This document shows, in pieces, positions 1 through 12,973 of a DNA stretch of 64,000 bases. The DNA is taken from the NCBI RefSeq assembly GCF_018350175.1, contig NC_058383.1, positions 29,390,001-29,454,000 on the forward strand, given 5' to 3'. The stretch's first letter is position 1. Each line of letters opens with the position of its first letter. The DNA comes from Felis catus (lineage: Eukaryota). A program made the translations under genes and the position numbers. Below the pieces are notes generated by a model, which searched no databases, was not told the origin of the DNA, and saw only the letters and a list, made by a program, of their open reading frames with translations.

Positions 1-944
1 GACAAAGGGACGAAGGATGTTTGCATTCTCTCTGAGTAAAAGAAGCCCACAGTTATCAAGTGAACTGCTTTCAGTAGGTCTGTCCTTGTTCGTTACTACA
101 TGTACTGCATCATCTTCAGTGTCATTTGGCTCTACTGTCGTGGGGGGCATTTAACTTCAAATGACAGGTGATTAGAGTCACTTTGGTTGTGATAAATCTG
201 CTTCCAGAGTCTTTGTGTGTACACACACGTAAAAGAGAGCTGTTTCAGTACGAAAGACGGTACCGTAAATCAAGTCATTTTCCCACTACTCCAAGCATAG
301 ATATTTAATAAGCGTGAGAAAAACTGTGTGGCTTGGAGACCAGGAATAATCCAGGAAAGGCTTCAGGGACTCAAAACAGAAACAAATGCGGCTCAAGGGA
401 CCTCCACAAAAAATTGGCAGAGTCAACGTATGCTCATAAAGCTGCTGATAAAAAAGAGATCGCTGTGGAAGACACCGCGCTTCGATAAAGACAGACTGGA
501 CAGTACCACCGATCGGGCAACTCTTCCGCAACCTAAGAGGCCGAGGGTGATGAACGCTGTAATTAGAAGCAGAACGGAAACAGGTTGCTAAATACTGTGT
601 TGTGCTTCTCCTGTAGCCCTTCTGACAACGGACTAAGAGAAGATGCCTTTCCTTTTCACCTCCAGCATCCTGGGACTTTGAAACAGGGCCTCAAGGAGCC
701 TGTCACTGGAGCAGGATGAAGGTGCATCCTGGGGCTGGCCTCCACAAGGCCTGAGCCACGGTGTGGCACAAGTCAGGCACAGGTGGACAACTAGACTGGA
801 TGCATGTAGAGGGAAAAATGGCAGTCTAGGTTACGCCTAATTTTTTCCCCAAGGGTACCGTATTTTTAGTAAAATACAGATATGATCCTTAATTTTCCTT
901 CTTTTAAAATTATAAGACCAATATAAAAATATTGTATCTTTTAA

Positions 945-1125
945 GGGTGCCTGGGTGGCTCAGCTGGATGAGCACCAGACTCTTGATTCCGGCTCCAGTA
1001 ATGATCCCAGGGTCATGGGATCGAGCCCACATCAGGCTCCAGGCTGAGTGTGAAGCCTGCTTAGGATTCTCTCTCTCTGTCTCTCTGTCCCTCTCCCCAG
1101 CTCATACTCTAAAAAAAAAGAAAAA
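945..1125 (+). mobile_element. CAN-SINE, older type
   Basis: gggtgcctgggtggctcag head, (ct)n, poly(A). Confidence 0.9.
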
Positions 1126-1862
1126 AATATATAGTATCTTTAGATAAATAACTAAATGGTTATGATAAATTCTAATAATTTTATAATTATTAAACCCAAT
1201 TTAATGATCCTGGTAATTAAAATGATATATTTTTGTTAAAAAAAAAAAAAAGGACAGAATGCCATCTCTGAAATCAGAGGACATATCCCAAAAGTCCTTC
1301 CTTTTTTTTTACATTTTAAATACACGGATATCAAATGTGTAGTACTTCAGATATAAAGAGATTAACAAATAAGCCCTATGGAAACCACTATTTTATAAGG
1401 AGGGACAAGTTTTCCTGTTATTTCTCAGACGAAGGACCGTCAAGAGTCTGAACAATTAAGTACGGGTGTAAACGAATACTACGATTGGGTAAAAGAGCCT
1501 GATAACTTGGCTTGTAAAGTGTGTTCACGCTCCTGAGGACAGGAACCTCGGCAGGGGTGTTCGGGACTGGAATGTGACCATCTCACCATCGGTGACCACT
1601 GATTAACCTCCGCTTACGGGAGAGGCAGGAACTTCGCCAGGGATGGGCGAATGGCAGGGGAGGCCGAGGAATGCGATTCCTAGCTCCTTCTAAGTCCCCG
1701 TTACGTAATGATGGCATCAGTCAAGAGCAGTGTTGGGTGCACACAAGTGACCAGTGCCACGGGTCTCCTCCTGCCCAAAGCTGCAGTATGGATGATGAAG
1801 AGATGACAGAATACACTTTATCAGCTTTAAAAAAAGTCATCCAAATCCCTGCTCCATTTCCA

Positions 1863-2073
1863 TTTTTTTTAACGTTTATTTATTACTGGGAGACAGAGAG
1901 ACACAGAGTGTGAGCAGGCGAGGGGCAGAGAGAGGAAGACACAGAATCCAAAGCAGGCTCCAGGCTCTGAGCTGTCAGCAAAAAGCCCGATGCGGGACTC
2001 GAACTCACAAACTGCAAGATCATGACCTGAGTTGAAGTCTGTCGCCTAACCAACTGAGCCACCCAGGCACCCC
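1863..2073 (-). mobile_element. CAN-SINE, feline type
   Basis: poly(T)...ctgagccacccaggcacccc. Confidence 0.93.
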
Positions 2074-4224
2074 TCCCCCCCGCCCTGTTCTATCTCTAAG
2101 CTGGACCATTACTTATGAACATGTGAAGATTTACAACAAAGCTTTCCTTAGATCATATATCTTCAGAGTAGTGTTCCATGAATTCGGAGTTACAGAATAG
2201 AAGGGAGAATGAAACGGCCGCACCTTCGAAGGTTTGGCACAGACAGAAGGGAGGAGGGAAGAGTGAGAGGGTCAAAGCCCAGCAAAGGCGGGAAGACGCA
2301 TCATCAAGCTACGAGCAGCGTGATGCTGAGGTCAGCACTTGTAGTAACAACCCTGTCTACCGGAGTGTCTCTTCACCTTTTTTGCATCATTGTTCCCATC
2401 GCCTGGTCCTAATCATTTTCCATGAAATTTTAATACCACAGATTTACTACGTATCTGTTTACGTACTTTATGTGTATCTGTGCCTTACACATAAGAGAAG
2501 TGATTTTTTTTTTTTTCCGCCCATCCCTCAAGAACCAATCTGTGCCCCTATTGGGAATGCTCAACCCACAAGAGGGAAAAACCAACGTCCCCTGTTCTGG
2601 TGAGGGAAAAAATAGTAAGAAAATAAGAGTGAGCTCTATGTAGGAAACCCTCAACGGGAAAATAACAAATGTCCCCCACCCGTGATAATGATTTTTAGGT
2701 CACAAGTAAATTTAACATACCTTTGAGGGTCTTAAAGATCTTTCGATCCTTAGCAGCTCTGAGGTAGGGGACACACGCACTGACATTTGTTTTAGAAAGC
2801 AAAGAAAAGAAACTGCAGTTCAGCTATGAAATACTGTGTTTTAAAGCTGGCCTGCTGGTGAACGCCTGTCTTTAATCCTGGTTTTCTGACTCCAACATTA
2901 TTTTCACCAAAAGCAAAAACCTGTATGGGTTTTTTTTTTTTTTTCTTTTTGCTAAATCTACATATGATTTTCAAAGGCATGTAATTAAGGAAAGTGGGTA
3001 ATTTAATTTCAGGGGGTGACAACATCCCATATGGATTTATGAAGGGTACAGGCAGGATGGCTTTGTGGAAAGAACATGACTTCGGAGGTGAACACAACTG
3101 GGCTCTGAGGGCTCGGAGACCCTGGAAAAGCGCCACCATCTCTGTGCCACGGCCACCTCGTCTACAGAAAGGCAGTGACAACAAGGATGACAATGGGTGT
3201 TTTCTGTGGTTATGAAAATCAGGGGGAAAATGCATATAAAGTACCCAGCAGAAGCATGACGGGCATTCCCCAAACAGTGCAGTCCGTGAGGACTCCTTTC
3301 TGGCATGATCCCCCTCATTGGCTATCGTCCGTGGCTGCACGTTTGCTAGGTTAGGGGTTTCTCTAGCAGGAGGCGCACACAGATGTCCGTGGGGAGCAGC
3401 ACGCTAACCACACACGTGTTCTCCGGGTCCCACCACACCCGATCGGGCTGCCCCTGGGTCTGGGGAAAGTTCACAGGGTTTTGATTTGGCGCTTAATATC
3501 CTCTGGTGTCTTCCTCCCACTTTAGATTTCATTTATTAGTTTAAATTTGAAATTTTTATACATGCGGAAAAAACCCTGCCGATTCTTCTTCACTTCATTG
3601 GAATAACGAAATAGAAAAAACGCCCCCAGGTGACTGACCACGGTCACGCCGTGAGCCATAGGGTCTGAGAACTGAGTAGAACAAACACTCAGACACGGTC
3701 TCAGGAATCCAAGGATGTATTCTCCGCTGAGCTCTTCGTGGAAATTTTTAAATTCTGTGGTTTTGTTTTGTTAGCCTTGAAAAAACGATCCTGAGTCGCC
3801 ATGTAAGAGTGAAGAGTAAAGAGAGCTGGACATCGTGGTGACAACACACGCGGAAGCCCACAGAAGGCAAAACGGTGCCGGGCCAGCAGCGGTCCGAACA
3901 GAGCACAGGTCGCGGGGAAGCGCGCCGACAGCGCGCCAGGCAGCCCAGGCTCGGAGCCACAGGACGGCAGCGAGCACCGCGGTCGGGTCCAGCAGCAGCC
4001 ACTCTGGGGCAAACACGCATCGTGTCACAGCCAACTGACACTGATGCGAATTTCGAGAGCTTCACAGATTTTACAACTGATATGTAAAAGTGTTTCCGTT
4101 TTGTGGTTGTGTTAAGTGCTACTAAACCTAAGTGTATACTTTTCTGTATGCTTTTATACGTTTATGGTTGTACACAATTTAGCAACATGAGACTAGTAAA
4201 AATTAATTCTAGTAATTGTTTTTA

Positions 4225-4449
4225 TTTTTCTTTATTTTTTAAACGTTTGTTTGTTTCTTTGTTTGTTTGTTTGTTTAGAGAGAATGTGAGCAGGGAGGGG
4301 GCAGAGAGAGGGAGACAGAGAATCCCAAGCAGGCGCCACGCCGTCAGTGCAGGGCCCGACGTGCGGCTCAAACTCACAGATCTCGAGATCATGACCTGAG
4401 CTGAAATCAAGAGGTGGATGCTTGACTGACTGAGCCACCCAGTCGCCCC
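4225..4449 (-). mobile_element. CAN-SINE
   Basis: 17-bp TSD tctagtaattgttttta (4208-4224 / 4450-4466). Confidence 0.95.
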
Positions 4450-4932
4450 TCTAGTAATTGTTTTTAAAGGGTCAGTACCTTTCTTGAGTTTGTGAAATAC
4501 TGCTTCACCATACAACTCAAACGGGGAGAGGGGACCCATTTACTCTGCTGCTTGGCTTCCACACAGTTACCCTGAGGAATTAAACATTTGCCATTACACA
4601 ATCTGCCTGGATATCCAACCTGGCCATCTCGGGGGTCCTGACACAGGTGGAGGTAAAAGAGTTCTAGAAGACTGTCCAAATCTAACATGAAACCATGTCA
4701 CACTGTCACACGTGTTCCAAAACGTTTCCTGGGTCTCTTCTCAAGTTTATTCTGAGTTAACTGTGCCACTGCTTCAAATCATTTCCATTTTCTTCAAGAC
4801 CACACTACATCACCATCCTCACACCCTTCTCAGCAAGTAGCGTGGCCCCTAGATTTCCTAATACTGAGGTCTTCACACACGAGCCCCACTCTGCCTTCCC
4901 ACTCCCGTTCTGTCACCTGTCTTTATGGAGAA

Positions 4933-5092
4933 GTTTTTTTTTTTTTTAAGTTTATTTATTTTGAGAGAGAGAGAGCGAGCAAGCTGGAAAGGGGCAGAGA
5001 GAGAGACAGACAGAGACAGACAGAATCCCAAGCAGGCTCTGCGCTGATGTGGGGCTCAAACTCACGAACGCTGAGATCATGACCTGAGCAGA
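4933..5092 (-). mobile_element. CAN-SINE lacking its 5' head
   Basis: Similarity stops after gagatcatgacctgagc. Confidence 0.88.
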
Positions 5093-5523
5093 ATTTGATG
5101 AAGAAATAATCTTTCTTCTTGCCCAGGGGAATCCAGACACTTTGTTTAGGGCTGTAGTTCCTTCCCACCTACTTACCAAACTGTGATCAAGAAATTATAC
5201 TTCTCCACCAGGATCCTTCGTACTTACCAAGATACCCGCATTTCCCCCTTTTCCCCACATTTCCTAAGATTTTGACTATTTCTGAATGTTCTTCCTTAGC
5301 AATCTTATCCTTTGCACTGGTACCAACCATTAACTCCAAACGTCCACCAACACACAGATCAACACAAACCCTGCCTCCGGATCATCATGCACTGACTTTC
5401 TAAATGGCAGTTTCTAAATGAGTTTTCCTTCCGCAGTTAAGGTATCCTTGATTTTAGGATTACATGCTATGTACTGAGGACAACATCATCTATAATTTTA
5501 TAACATAGTCTTTGCCTGACTTT

Positions 5524-5727
5524 ATATTTTTTTAAAGCTTGTTTATTTTGAAAGAAACAGAGACAGAGCGAGCGTGGAGGGGCAGAGAGCATAGGGGAAT
5601 CCCATGCAGGCTCCCCACTGTCAGCACAGAGCCCGAAGTGGGGCTCGAGCCCACCAAACGGTGAGATCATGCCCTGAGCCAAAACCAAGAGCCAGACGCT
5701 TAACTGACTGAGCCGTCCAAGCGCCCC
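5524..5727 (-). mobile_element. CAN-SINE
   Basis: Body plus gactgagccgtccaagcgcccc head. Confidence 0.92.
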
Positions 5728-5899
5728 TCTGTGCTCGACTTTAATGGAGAAACAAAGATTAATGCTGCCTGAATGAATAAGTCAATGCCACTGGACCAAA
5801 ACTCCTTCGGGCCTCTCTACCCACCTGATTCTGCTCACATTTGTTAGCTTGGCATTAAAACCACCAGCGTTTTGTCTCCTGATTTCCTGAGCAGCATTA

Positions 5900-6250
5900 C
5901 TAACCCTGACAACGGTCCTTACACTTCAGCTAAATCAAACTGCTTCATATCCCCGAATACGCTCTGAGTTTTCCTGGTCTTTATTCAAGCTTTTTCTTCT
6001 CCTTGAAACTCTCCATCTCTGCTGGAAACAGCACTCAGGCACTCTTCAAGAACCATGTGCCGCATCAGTCACTTTCAGAAACTTTCCAGGATGTGTCTCA
6101 ACGCTCCCAAGGAGTCCGATCTCTTTCCTCTGCTCACCGTGACCACTCCTGGTACGGGCCACGGGAGGACTTAGCATTCTGGGAACGATGATGACATGAT
6201 GCCGACTCTGGTCACTAACAGGGATCTGTTGCTTACTGTGTCCTGAGCAC
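5900..6250 (+). mobile_element. LINE-2 3' fragment
   Basis: Pyrimidine-rich decayed text ending cagggatctgttgcttactgtgtcctgagcac. Confidence 0.5.
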
Positions 6251-6251
6251 A

Positions 6252-6273
6252 GACGTCACGCGTGGTGACGTCA
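6252..6273. promoter_or_regulatory. CRE motif cluster (candidate)
   Basis: Full TGACGTCA at 6266-6273 and GACGTCA at 6252-6258. Confidence 0.3.
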
Positions 6274-6846
6274 TGTCAACAACCCTCAATAACACCATCT
6301 CCGTTTTACCACAAGGCACCAGGAGGTGAAATAACCTGTCCAGTGATACAGCTTTTAAGGAGCAGAAGAGACACTTTTGATGTAGGTGGCAGGCTTCTGG
6401 CCACTAGCTTTTCTCCATGGGTTCTGGGAACAAATTAAGCCCTAATGCCCAAAAGCACCTACTGTATTAAATTCTCTCCTATGTATCGAAAATGACACTA
6501 GCTAGGTCTTCCTTGGGATAAGTGAGAAGACTAAGCACATTGGTAGGAATCCATTTTGTCACGAAACTTGGCTGAGAAAGACAGGATGCTTTTAGCTACT
6601 GAATGGTTTTTCTCAATGCCTGTCTAGATAGTTTGCACATTCCTGATACCCCTTCACCATTTTAGTAAATTTTACGGTCTTCAAAAGCTGGAACTTCACC
6701 TCATTCACCTTTGTATTTCCTGTGAGATCTGTTCCAGTATTTTAATCATGTTCACAGGGTCAATTTCTCCTTAAATGACTCAGTTCTGACATTTAGTAGT
6801 CCAGGCTGGACAGTAAGTATCTTCCTTAAACTAAAACTACCTGCTA

Positions 6847-6874
6847 GTTTGTTTGTTTGTTTGTTTGTTTGTTT
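6847..6874. repeat. (GTTT)n microsatellite
   Basis: Read directly. Confidence 0.9.
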
Positions 6875-6947
6875 TGGTTGTATCTGACAGACACTTAAAA
6901 AAAATCACTATTACTAAGGTATAAAGACAATCAGATACATCAATTTA

Positions 6948-7172
6948 TTTATTTATTTTTATTTTTTTTAACGTTTATTTATTTTTGAGACAGAGAGAGA
7001 CAGGGCATGAACGGGGGAGGGGCAGAGAGAGAGGGAGACACAGAATCTGAGGCAGGCTGCAGGCTCTGAGCGGTCAGCATAGAGCGCGACGCGGGGCTCG
7101 AACTCATGGACCGCGAGATCGTGACCCGGGCCGAAGTCGGACGCTTAACCGACTGAGCCACCCAGGCGCCCC
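6948..7172 (-). mobile_element. CAN-SINE, feline type, CpG-rich
   Basis: TSD agata(c/g)atcaattta. Confidence 0.95.
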
Positions 7173-7184
7173 CAGATAGATCAA

Positions 7185-7702
7185 TTTAAAGTGTATATGT
7201 GTGGCAAGTTTTGATGGAGGTATACGGCTATGAAGTCATGGTCACGTTTGAGATACAGAACATTTTTGACATTCCTAGAAGTTTCTTCTTGCCCCTCTAG
7301 AGTCCATCCTTCTGCCACATGTAGCCCCAGGTAATCACTGATCTGCTTTCTATCACTAGAGATCAGTTTGCCTGTTCTACAATTTCAAGTGAATGGTACC
7401 ATATAATGCACAGGCCTTTGTGTTTGAATCCTTTCACTAAGACAGGACTCTGAGATCCATCCATGCTGCATGTATCAGCAGGTGGTTCCTTTCTACTCCA
7501 AAGTAGGAATCTAGTGTATGAAGACATCACATTTTGTTCATCCATTCACCTGCTGATGGACATGTGCATAGTTTCCAGTTTTGAGCTACTATGGATAAAT
7601 CTGTTATGAACATTTATGGTATAAATCTTTGTGTAGATGTTTATCTTTTTTTGTATAAAGGCTTGCTCAGATAGTAGGTGGATGCTTAGCTTTTGAAGAA
7701 AC
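7185..7702 (-). mobile_element. Ancient L1M (L1MB/ME-like) 3' end
   Basis: atcactgatctgctttctatcactag and tccattcacctgctgatggacat motifs. Confidence 0.8.
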
Positions 7703-7704
7703 TT

Positions 7705-8140
7705 TATTGGCAGCTTTATTTTTAAAAGCCCAAAACTACAAACAACCATCCATATGCAGGTGACTGAACAAGTAAATTGTGGTATATCCACAATGAAGTA
7801 CTATGCGACAATAAAAAAGAATAACATACAACAATATGGGTAAATATCAAAATAATTATGCTGAATGGAAGAGGCCAAACAAAAAGGAACACATGTATAT
7901 ATGACTCTATTTTTGAAAAAATGCTAGAAAACGCAAACTAATCTATAGTGACAGAAAGCAGATCACTGTTTGATTGGAGACTGGTGGAGAGAGGAATGGT
8001 TTACAAAGGGGCATGAGGAAATTGTTACGGGTGATGAACATGTCATCTTGATTGTGGTGCGGTCAAAATTCCTCAAGTTGAATACTTAAAATATGTGCAG
8101 TTTATTGTATGTCAATTATATTTTGATAAAGTAAAAAAAA
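7705..8140 (+). mobile_element. Ancient L1M (L1MB/ME-like) 3' end
   Basis: aaattgtggtatatccacaatg, ctatagtgacagaaagcagatca, tail ending taaagtaaaaaaaa. Confidence 0.8.
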
Positions 8141-8295
8141 CCCCACACTGATACTTATGGGAACAGAGAAATTCCTTTATGTAATATGATAATTGTGAAA
8201 CAGCCTATTTACAAAACTTGAATACAACTGAGGATTTATGTGGGTGTCTAAACTCTAAAACAACTGAGCCAAGATTGCTCTAGAGAATCTTAAAA

Positions 8296-8323
8296 ACAAC
8301 AACAACAACAACAACAACAACAA
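8296..8323. repeat. (AAC)n microsatellite
   Basis: Read directly. Confidence 0.9.
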
Positions 8324-8499
8324 ACCCACTCCAACCAACAAACCCATTCATCCATTAAAATAAGTAAAATAAAATGAATCCCACGTGGGATATGATAACT
8401 GAATGAGGTTTCACACGCCTGCCGGAAGTGCAGCCTGGCGCGCTGTGACTAACGGGCACGTGTGAGTCTGGTGAACCGGCACATGTAACAGACCAGGAT

Positions 8500-9140
8500 G
8501 TGGAGAGGCAGTGATCCTGAACACAAAACACAGAATTCAAGTTAGAAACACTGCATGTGACAAAGAGGACACCTCTTAATGTGAAAAGCCATAATCAACA
8601 AGACTGTAACAGCTATGACGAAGCACAAAACAACGTAACTACTCTCATACAATACAAAGCCCAGGAGGCACAACGGGACGCTGACAGAAATGCACAAAGA
8701 ATAGCAGACGTTAATCTGTCTGTCTCAATACAAGACAGATGAAGTAGACAGGATAAGAAAGTATATACAAGGCCAAACCAGCATAACCAATAAGGAGATC
8801 TTATTACTATGCAGTGAACTTTATACCTTGATGACATAGAAGACACATTCTCAACTACACATGGAATATTTAAAAAAAAAAATCACCTATTAGGGCACAA
8901 AGAAAACCCGAGGAAGTTTCATAAAATAAAGAATATAAAGAACACTCCAATCTCAATGTAGTACTAGAAATTATTAATAAAATAGAAAAAAAAAACTTTT
9001 TAGTAGCCTGCCTACCCAGAAATTAATAACATCTCCTATTAACTCGTAGAGAAGAGGAAAAACCCAGACTGAAATGAAGGAACTTCTCGCCAGAATCTAT
9101 GGCATTTGTACAAAGTAGTGATCAGAAAAACATTTAAAAA
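8500..9140 (+). mobile_element. Ancient L1M ORF2 (endonuclease-region) fragment
   Basis: A-rich decayed L1-like sequence, e.g. acacattctcaactacacatggaatatt. Confidence 0.55.
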
Positions 9141-9897
9141 TGTCTATAAAAATAAAACCATCAAAATCCTAGGAGAAAACAGGCAACAACCTCTTTGACC
9201 TCAGCTGCAGCAACTTCTTACTAGACATGTCCCCAAAGGCAAGGGAAATAAAAGCAAAAATGAACTATTGGGACCTCAACAAGATAAAAGCTTCTGCACA
9301 GCGGAGGAAACAAACAACAAAACTAAAAGGCAACCGATGGAATGGGAGGAGATATTTGCAAATAACATATCTGATAAAGGGTTAGTATCCAACATCTATA
9401 AAGAGCTTCTCAAACTCAACACCTAAAAACCAAATAATCCACTGAAGAAATGGGCAGAAGACATGAATAGACACTCTTCTAAAGAAGACATCCAGATGGC
9501 TAACAGCACACGAGAAGATGCTCAACATCACTCACTCATCAGCAGAGAAATACATATCAAAACCATGATAAGATACCACTTCACACCTGTCAGAATGGCT
9601 AAAATGAACAACTCAGGCAACGACAGATATTGGCGAGGATGCGGAGAAAGGGGAAAACTTTTGCACTATTGGTGGGACCGCAAACTGGTACAGCTACTCT
9701 GGAAAACAATATGGAGGTTCCTCTACAACCCAGAAATTACACTACCAGGAATTTATCCAAAGGATACAAAAATGGTGATTCGAAGGGGCATATGCACCCC
9801 AATGTTTATAGCGGCACTATCAACAATAAGCCAAATTATGGAAAGAACCTAAATGTCCATCAACTGACAAGTGGATAAAGAATAAGTGGTACATACA

Positions 9898-10110
9898 GGG
9901 ATGCTTGGGGGGCTCAGTCAGTTAGGTGTCCAACTTCCGCTCAGGGCATGATCTCATGGTTTGGGAGTTCGAGCCCCACGTCAGGCTCTGTGCTGACAGC
10001 TCAGAGCCTGGAGCCTGCTTCAAATTCTTTGTCTCCCCCTCTCTCTGCCTCTCTGCTGCTCATGGTCTCTCTTTCTTTCTCAAAAATAAACAAACATTAA
10101 AAAAAAAAGA
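9898..10110 (+). mobile_element. CAN-SINE inside L1
   Basis: Head, (ct)n and aataaa...poly(A). Confidence 0.9.
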
Positions 10111-10116
10111 CGTGAG

Positions 10117-10120
<4 letters not shown>

Positions 10121-10149
<29 letters not shown>
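10121..10149. repeat. (AC)n microsatellite
   Basis: Read directly. Confidence 0.9.
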
Positions 10150-10152
<3 letters not shown>

Positions 10153-10599
10153 GAATACTAGTCAGCGATCAAAAAGAATGAAATCTTGCCACTTGCAACA
10201 ACGTGGAAGGAACTAGAGTGTGTTATGCTAAGCGAATAAGTCAGAGAAAGACAAATATCATTTGATTTCACTCATGTGGAATTTAAGAAACACAACAGAT
10301 GAACACAGGGGTAGGGAAAGAAAAATAAGATAAAAACAGAAAGGGAGGCAAATCATAAGAGACTGTTACAGAGAACAAACTGAGGGTTGCTGGCGGAGAG
10401 GTAGGTGAAGGGTGGGCTAAAGAGATGATGGGCGCTGAGGAGGGCACTTGTTGGGATGAGCACTGGGTGTTGTATGTAAGGGATGAATCACCAGGTTCTA
10501 CTCCTGACACCAATACCACACTGCGTGTTCACTACCTTGAATTTAAATAAACAAAAACAATTTAAAAAATATAAAAATGAATGAAAATAAACTACGTGC

Positions 10600-12446
10600 C
10601 TCAGAGAAAAACAGATTCAAAAGACAAAGAACAGAGCCACCGTGGCACACGGATGAGATCAGAGAGTCTACCTTATGAGCAACGTGAGTTCCAGGAGGAG
10701 GGTGGCGAGAGAGTAAGCCACGAAACATACCTGCAAAGATGATGCCTGAAAATTCCCCAACTTTGATCAAATACATAAATTTACAGATTCAAGAAACCTG
10801 GCAAACTGCCAGCAGCATACATTCAAACACATACAGTCTTCAGATACACAAAAAATAAGCCAGAGACTACAAATGTAGACAAAAACCCACCAATAATAGC
10901 AACAAAGAAGGTAAAAATACTCAGGAGTAAATTAAAGAAATGTGTAAAACTCCTGAAAAACCTGAAAGTCGGCTTGAACAAATAGAAAGACAGTCCCTGT
11001 TCCTGGATAGGATAACATCACATCATAAAAATGCCATTTTACACATTTAATGCAATGTCAATAAAAACAGCAACGAGCTTTCACTTTAATGGGGCTAAAG
11101 ACAAGTTGATATGTAAGCTCATTTGGAAAAAAATGAAAACACCCAAGGCAAACTGAGAAAACAGAGAAACACAGAGAAAACAAAGCTCCATGTAGGGGAG
11201 CCTTATTAGATTAAAACAGACTCAAAGTAGATCAGAGATAAGCAGTTAAACAAAAACATCCAACCATATGAGTACTTCACGTAAACACTGATGGGACCCT
11301 TCTGTAACTAAGATATAGGGAAAAGCTTTCTAATTGTGACCCCAAATCCAAAAGCAGTAAAAGGAAAGACTGATAAATTTTGGCCACATTAAAAGAAAAC
11401 AAAACAAACACACTGAAGAGGAGGGGCTGATCTCTCTGACACATAAATTAGTTATTTAAAAATGAGACTGAGAAATGAGCAGATAATTTACACTCTCCCC
11501 CCAAAATGATTCAGAAATAGTGCTTACAGATATCAAAGGATGTTCAACCTTACTCATAGTTAGAGAAAGGCAATTAAAATTACATCAGAATACCTGATGG
11601 CAAAAATATATAACATGCTCTGTTGTGAGGCTAAAATAAACATTCTCATACAGTGATGATCAGAATGCAAACCGGTACAGCCCTCTGGGAAAAGAATTCG
11701 CAATATGTAACAAAACTACAAATGCATTCACGTTTATTTATTTCTTGAGAGAGAGAGAGAGAGAGTGCACACTAGCAAGCATGAGAGCAGGGGAGGGGCA
11801 GAGAAAGAGGGGGAAAGAGAATCTCAAGCAAGCTCTGAGCTGTTAGCACAGAGCCTGACACGGAGCTCGAACCCACAAACCGTGAGATCATGACCTGAGC
11901 TGAAACCAAGAGCTCGATGCTTAACTGACTGAGCCACCCAGGCACCCCACATTCACCTTCTGAGCCAGCAATCCTCTCTCTATTTAGGAATGTACCTGTA
12001 GGATAAGCCTCCAACAGTATAAAATGGTATGGGTCCAAGGTATTTACTGCAGCACCATTTGTAACCGCAAAATGCTGTCCACAACTTAAATGCCTCTCCC
12101 CTCCAAACAGGATTGGTTGAATAAATCATGGTGCATCCGCGCCATGAAATACTACACAGTTGTGAAAAGGAGGACCATCTCTTATAAACTGGAATGAAGC
12201 AGTCTTCAGAAAATATTAAATGAAAAAAGCAGACTACAAAACTGTAACAACATTACCTCTTGTGTAAGAAAGAAGGGGAAGCAAGACAATATATTTACAG
12301 CTGCTTATATGAGGGGGAAAAAAATGAAAGGAAGGAGAAACCAGAAACTATGGAGGCTGATTACCTTCGGTGGGTGGGGAATCAGGGTGGAATGGATGGG
12401 GGATGGGAAAGGGACAGGCGAGAGGGGCAGGTAGTGACACTTACCC
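10600..12446 (+). mobile_element. Ancient L1M fragments (ORF1, ORF2, 3' end)
   Basis: gaaaattccccaactttgat...tttacagattcaagaa; ccagcaatcctctctctatttaggaatgtacc; interrupted by a SINE. Confidence 0.65.
11732..11948 (-). mobile_element. CAN-SINE
   Basis: Full body; short TSD cattcac. Confidence 0.92.
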
Positions 12447-12461
12447 AAGGACATCTTTTTT

Positions 12462-12696
12462 TACTTTATTTTATTTAAAAAAAATATTTTTTTCAACGTT
12501 TATTTATTTTTGGGACAGAGAGAGACAGAGCATGAACGGGGGAGGGGCAGAGAGAGAGGGAGACACAGAATCGGAAACAGGCTCCAGGCTCTGAGCCATC
12601 AGCCCAGAGCCCGACGCGGGGCTCGAACTCACGGACCGCGAGATCGTGACCTGGCTGAAGTCGGACGCTTAACCGACTGCGCCACCCAGGCGCCCC
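12462..12696 (-). mobile_element. CAN-SINE, young feline subfamily
   Basis: TSD aaggacatcttttt; CpGs intact; gagccatcagcccagagcc diagnostic. Confidence 0.96.
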
Positions 12697-12973
12697 AAGG
12701 ACATCTTTTTTTAAATGTAATTTTAACTTTGAGAAACTGGTTAATACATCACATTCCCAAAACTATATTAATAAAATCGGCAAAGATGGAGGAACATCCA
12801 AATTTGAATACAAACACAGTAAATGAACCCAGCTGTATTTCAAATAAATAACATGAATACGCTAAAGAGGAGACAGAACCAATCTCGGGAACCTCTGAAT
12901 ATAATATTTTGACTGTACACCTTTGGGCTAAAGACAAAAAGAAGGTAAAGAAATATTCGACTCCAGTTAACAA

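Larger units (their letters stand above)
9150..10590 (+). mobile_element. 5'-truncated carnivore L1 (ORF2 C-terminus and 3' UTR)
   Basis: [14 protein letters not shown]...[10 protein letters not shown]; colinear with 57870-59240; A-rich tail; contains a SINE and (CA)n. Confidence 0.92.

Noticed and set aside
2178..3340. ORFs of 141 and 182 aa
   Set aside because: No recognisable domain, run through homopolymers, no exon-like structure.
4464..4688. Possible alternative MRTFB first exon ending AAG|gtactg
   Set aside because: Weak donor; peptide does not resemble the alternative N-terminus I recall (MIDSSKKQ...), which I did not find in the window.
12510..12851. Recurrent ORFs such as [13 protein letters not shown]... 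and [11 protein letters not shown]...
   Set aside because: Translations of CAN-SINE copies, not a gene family.
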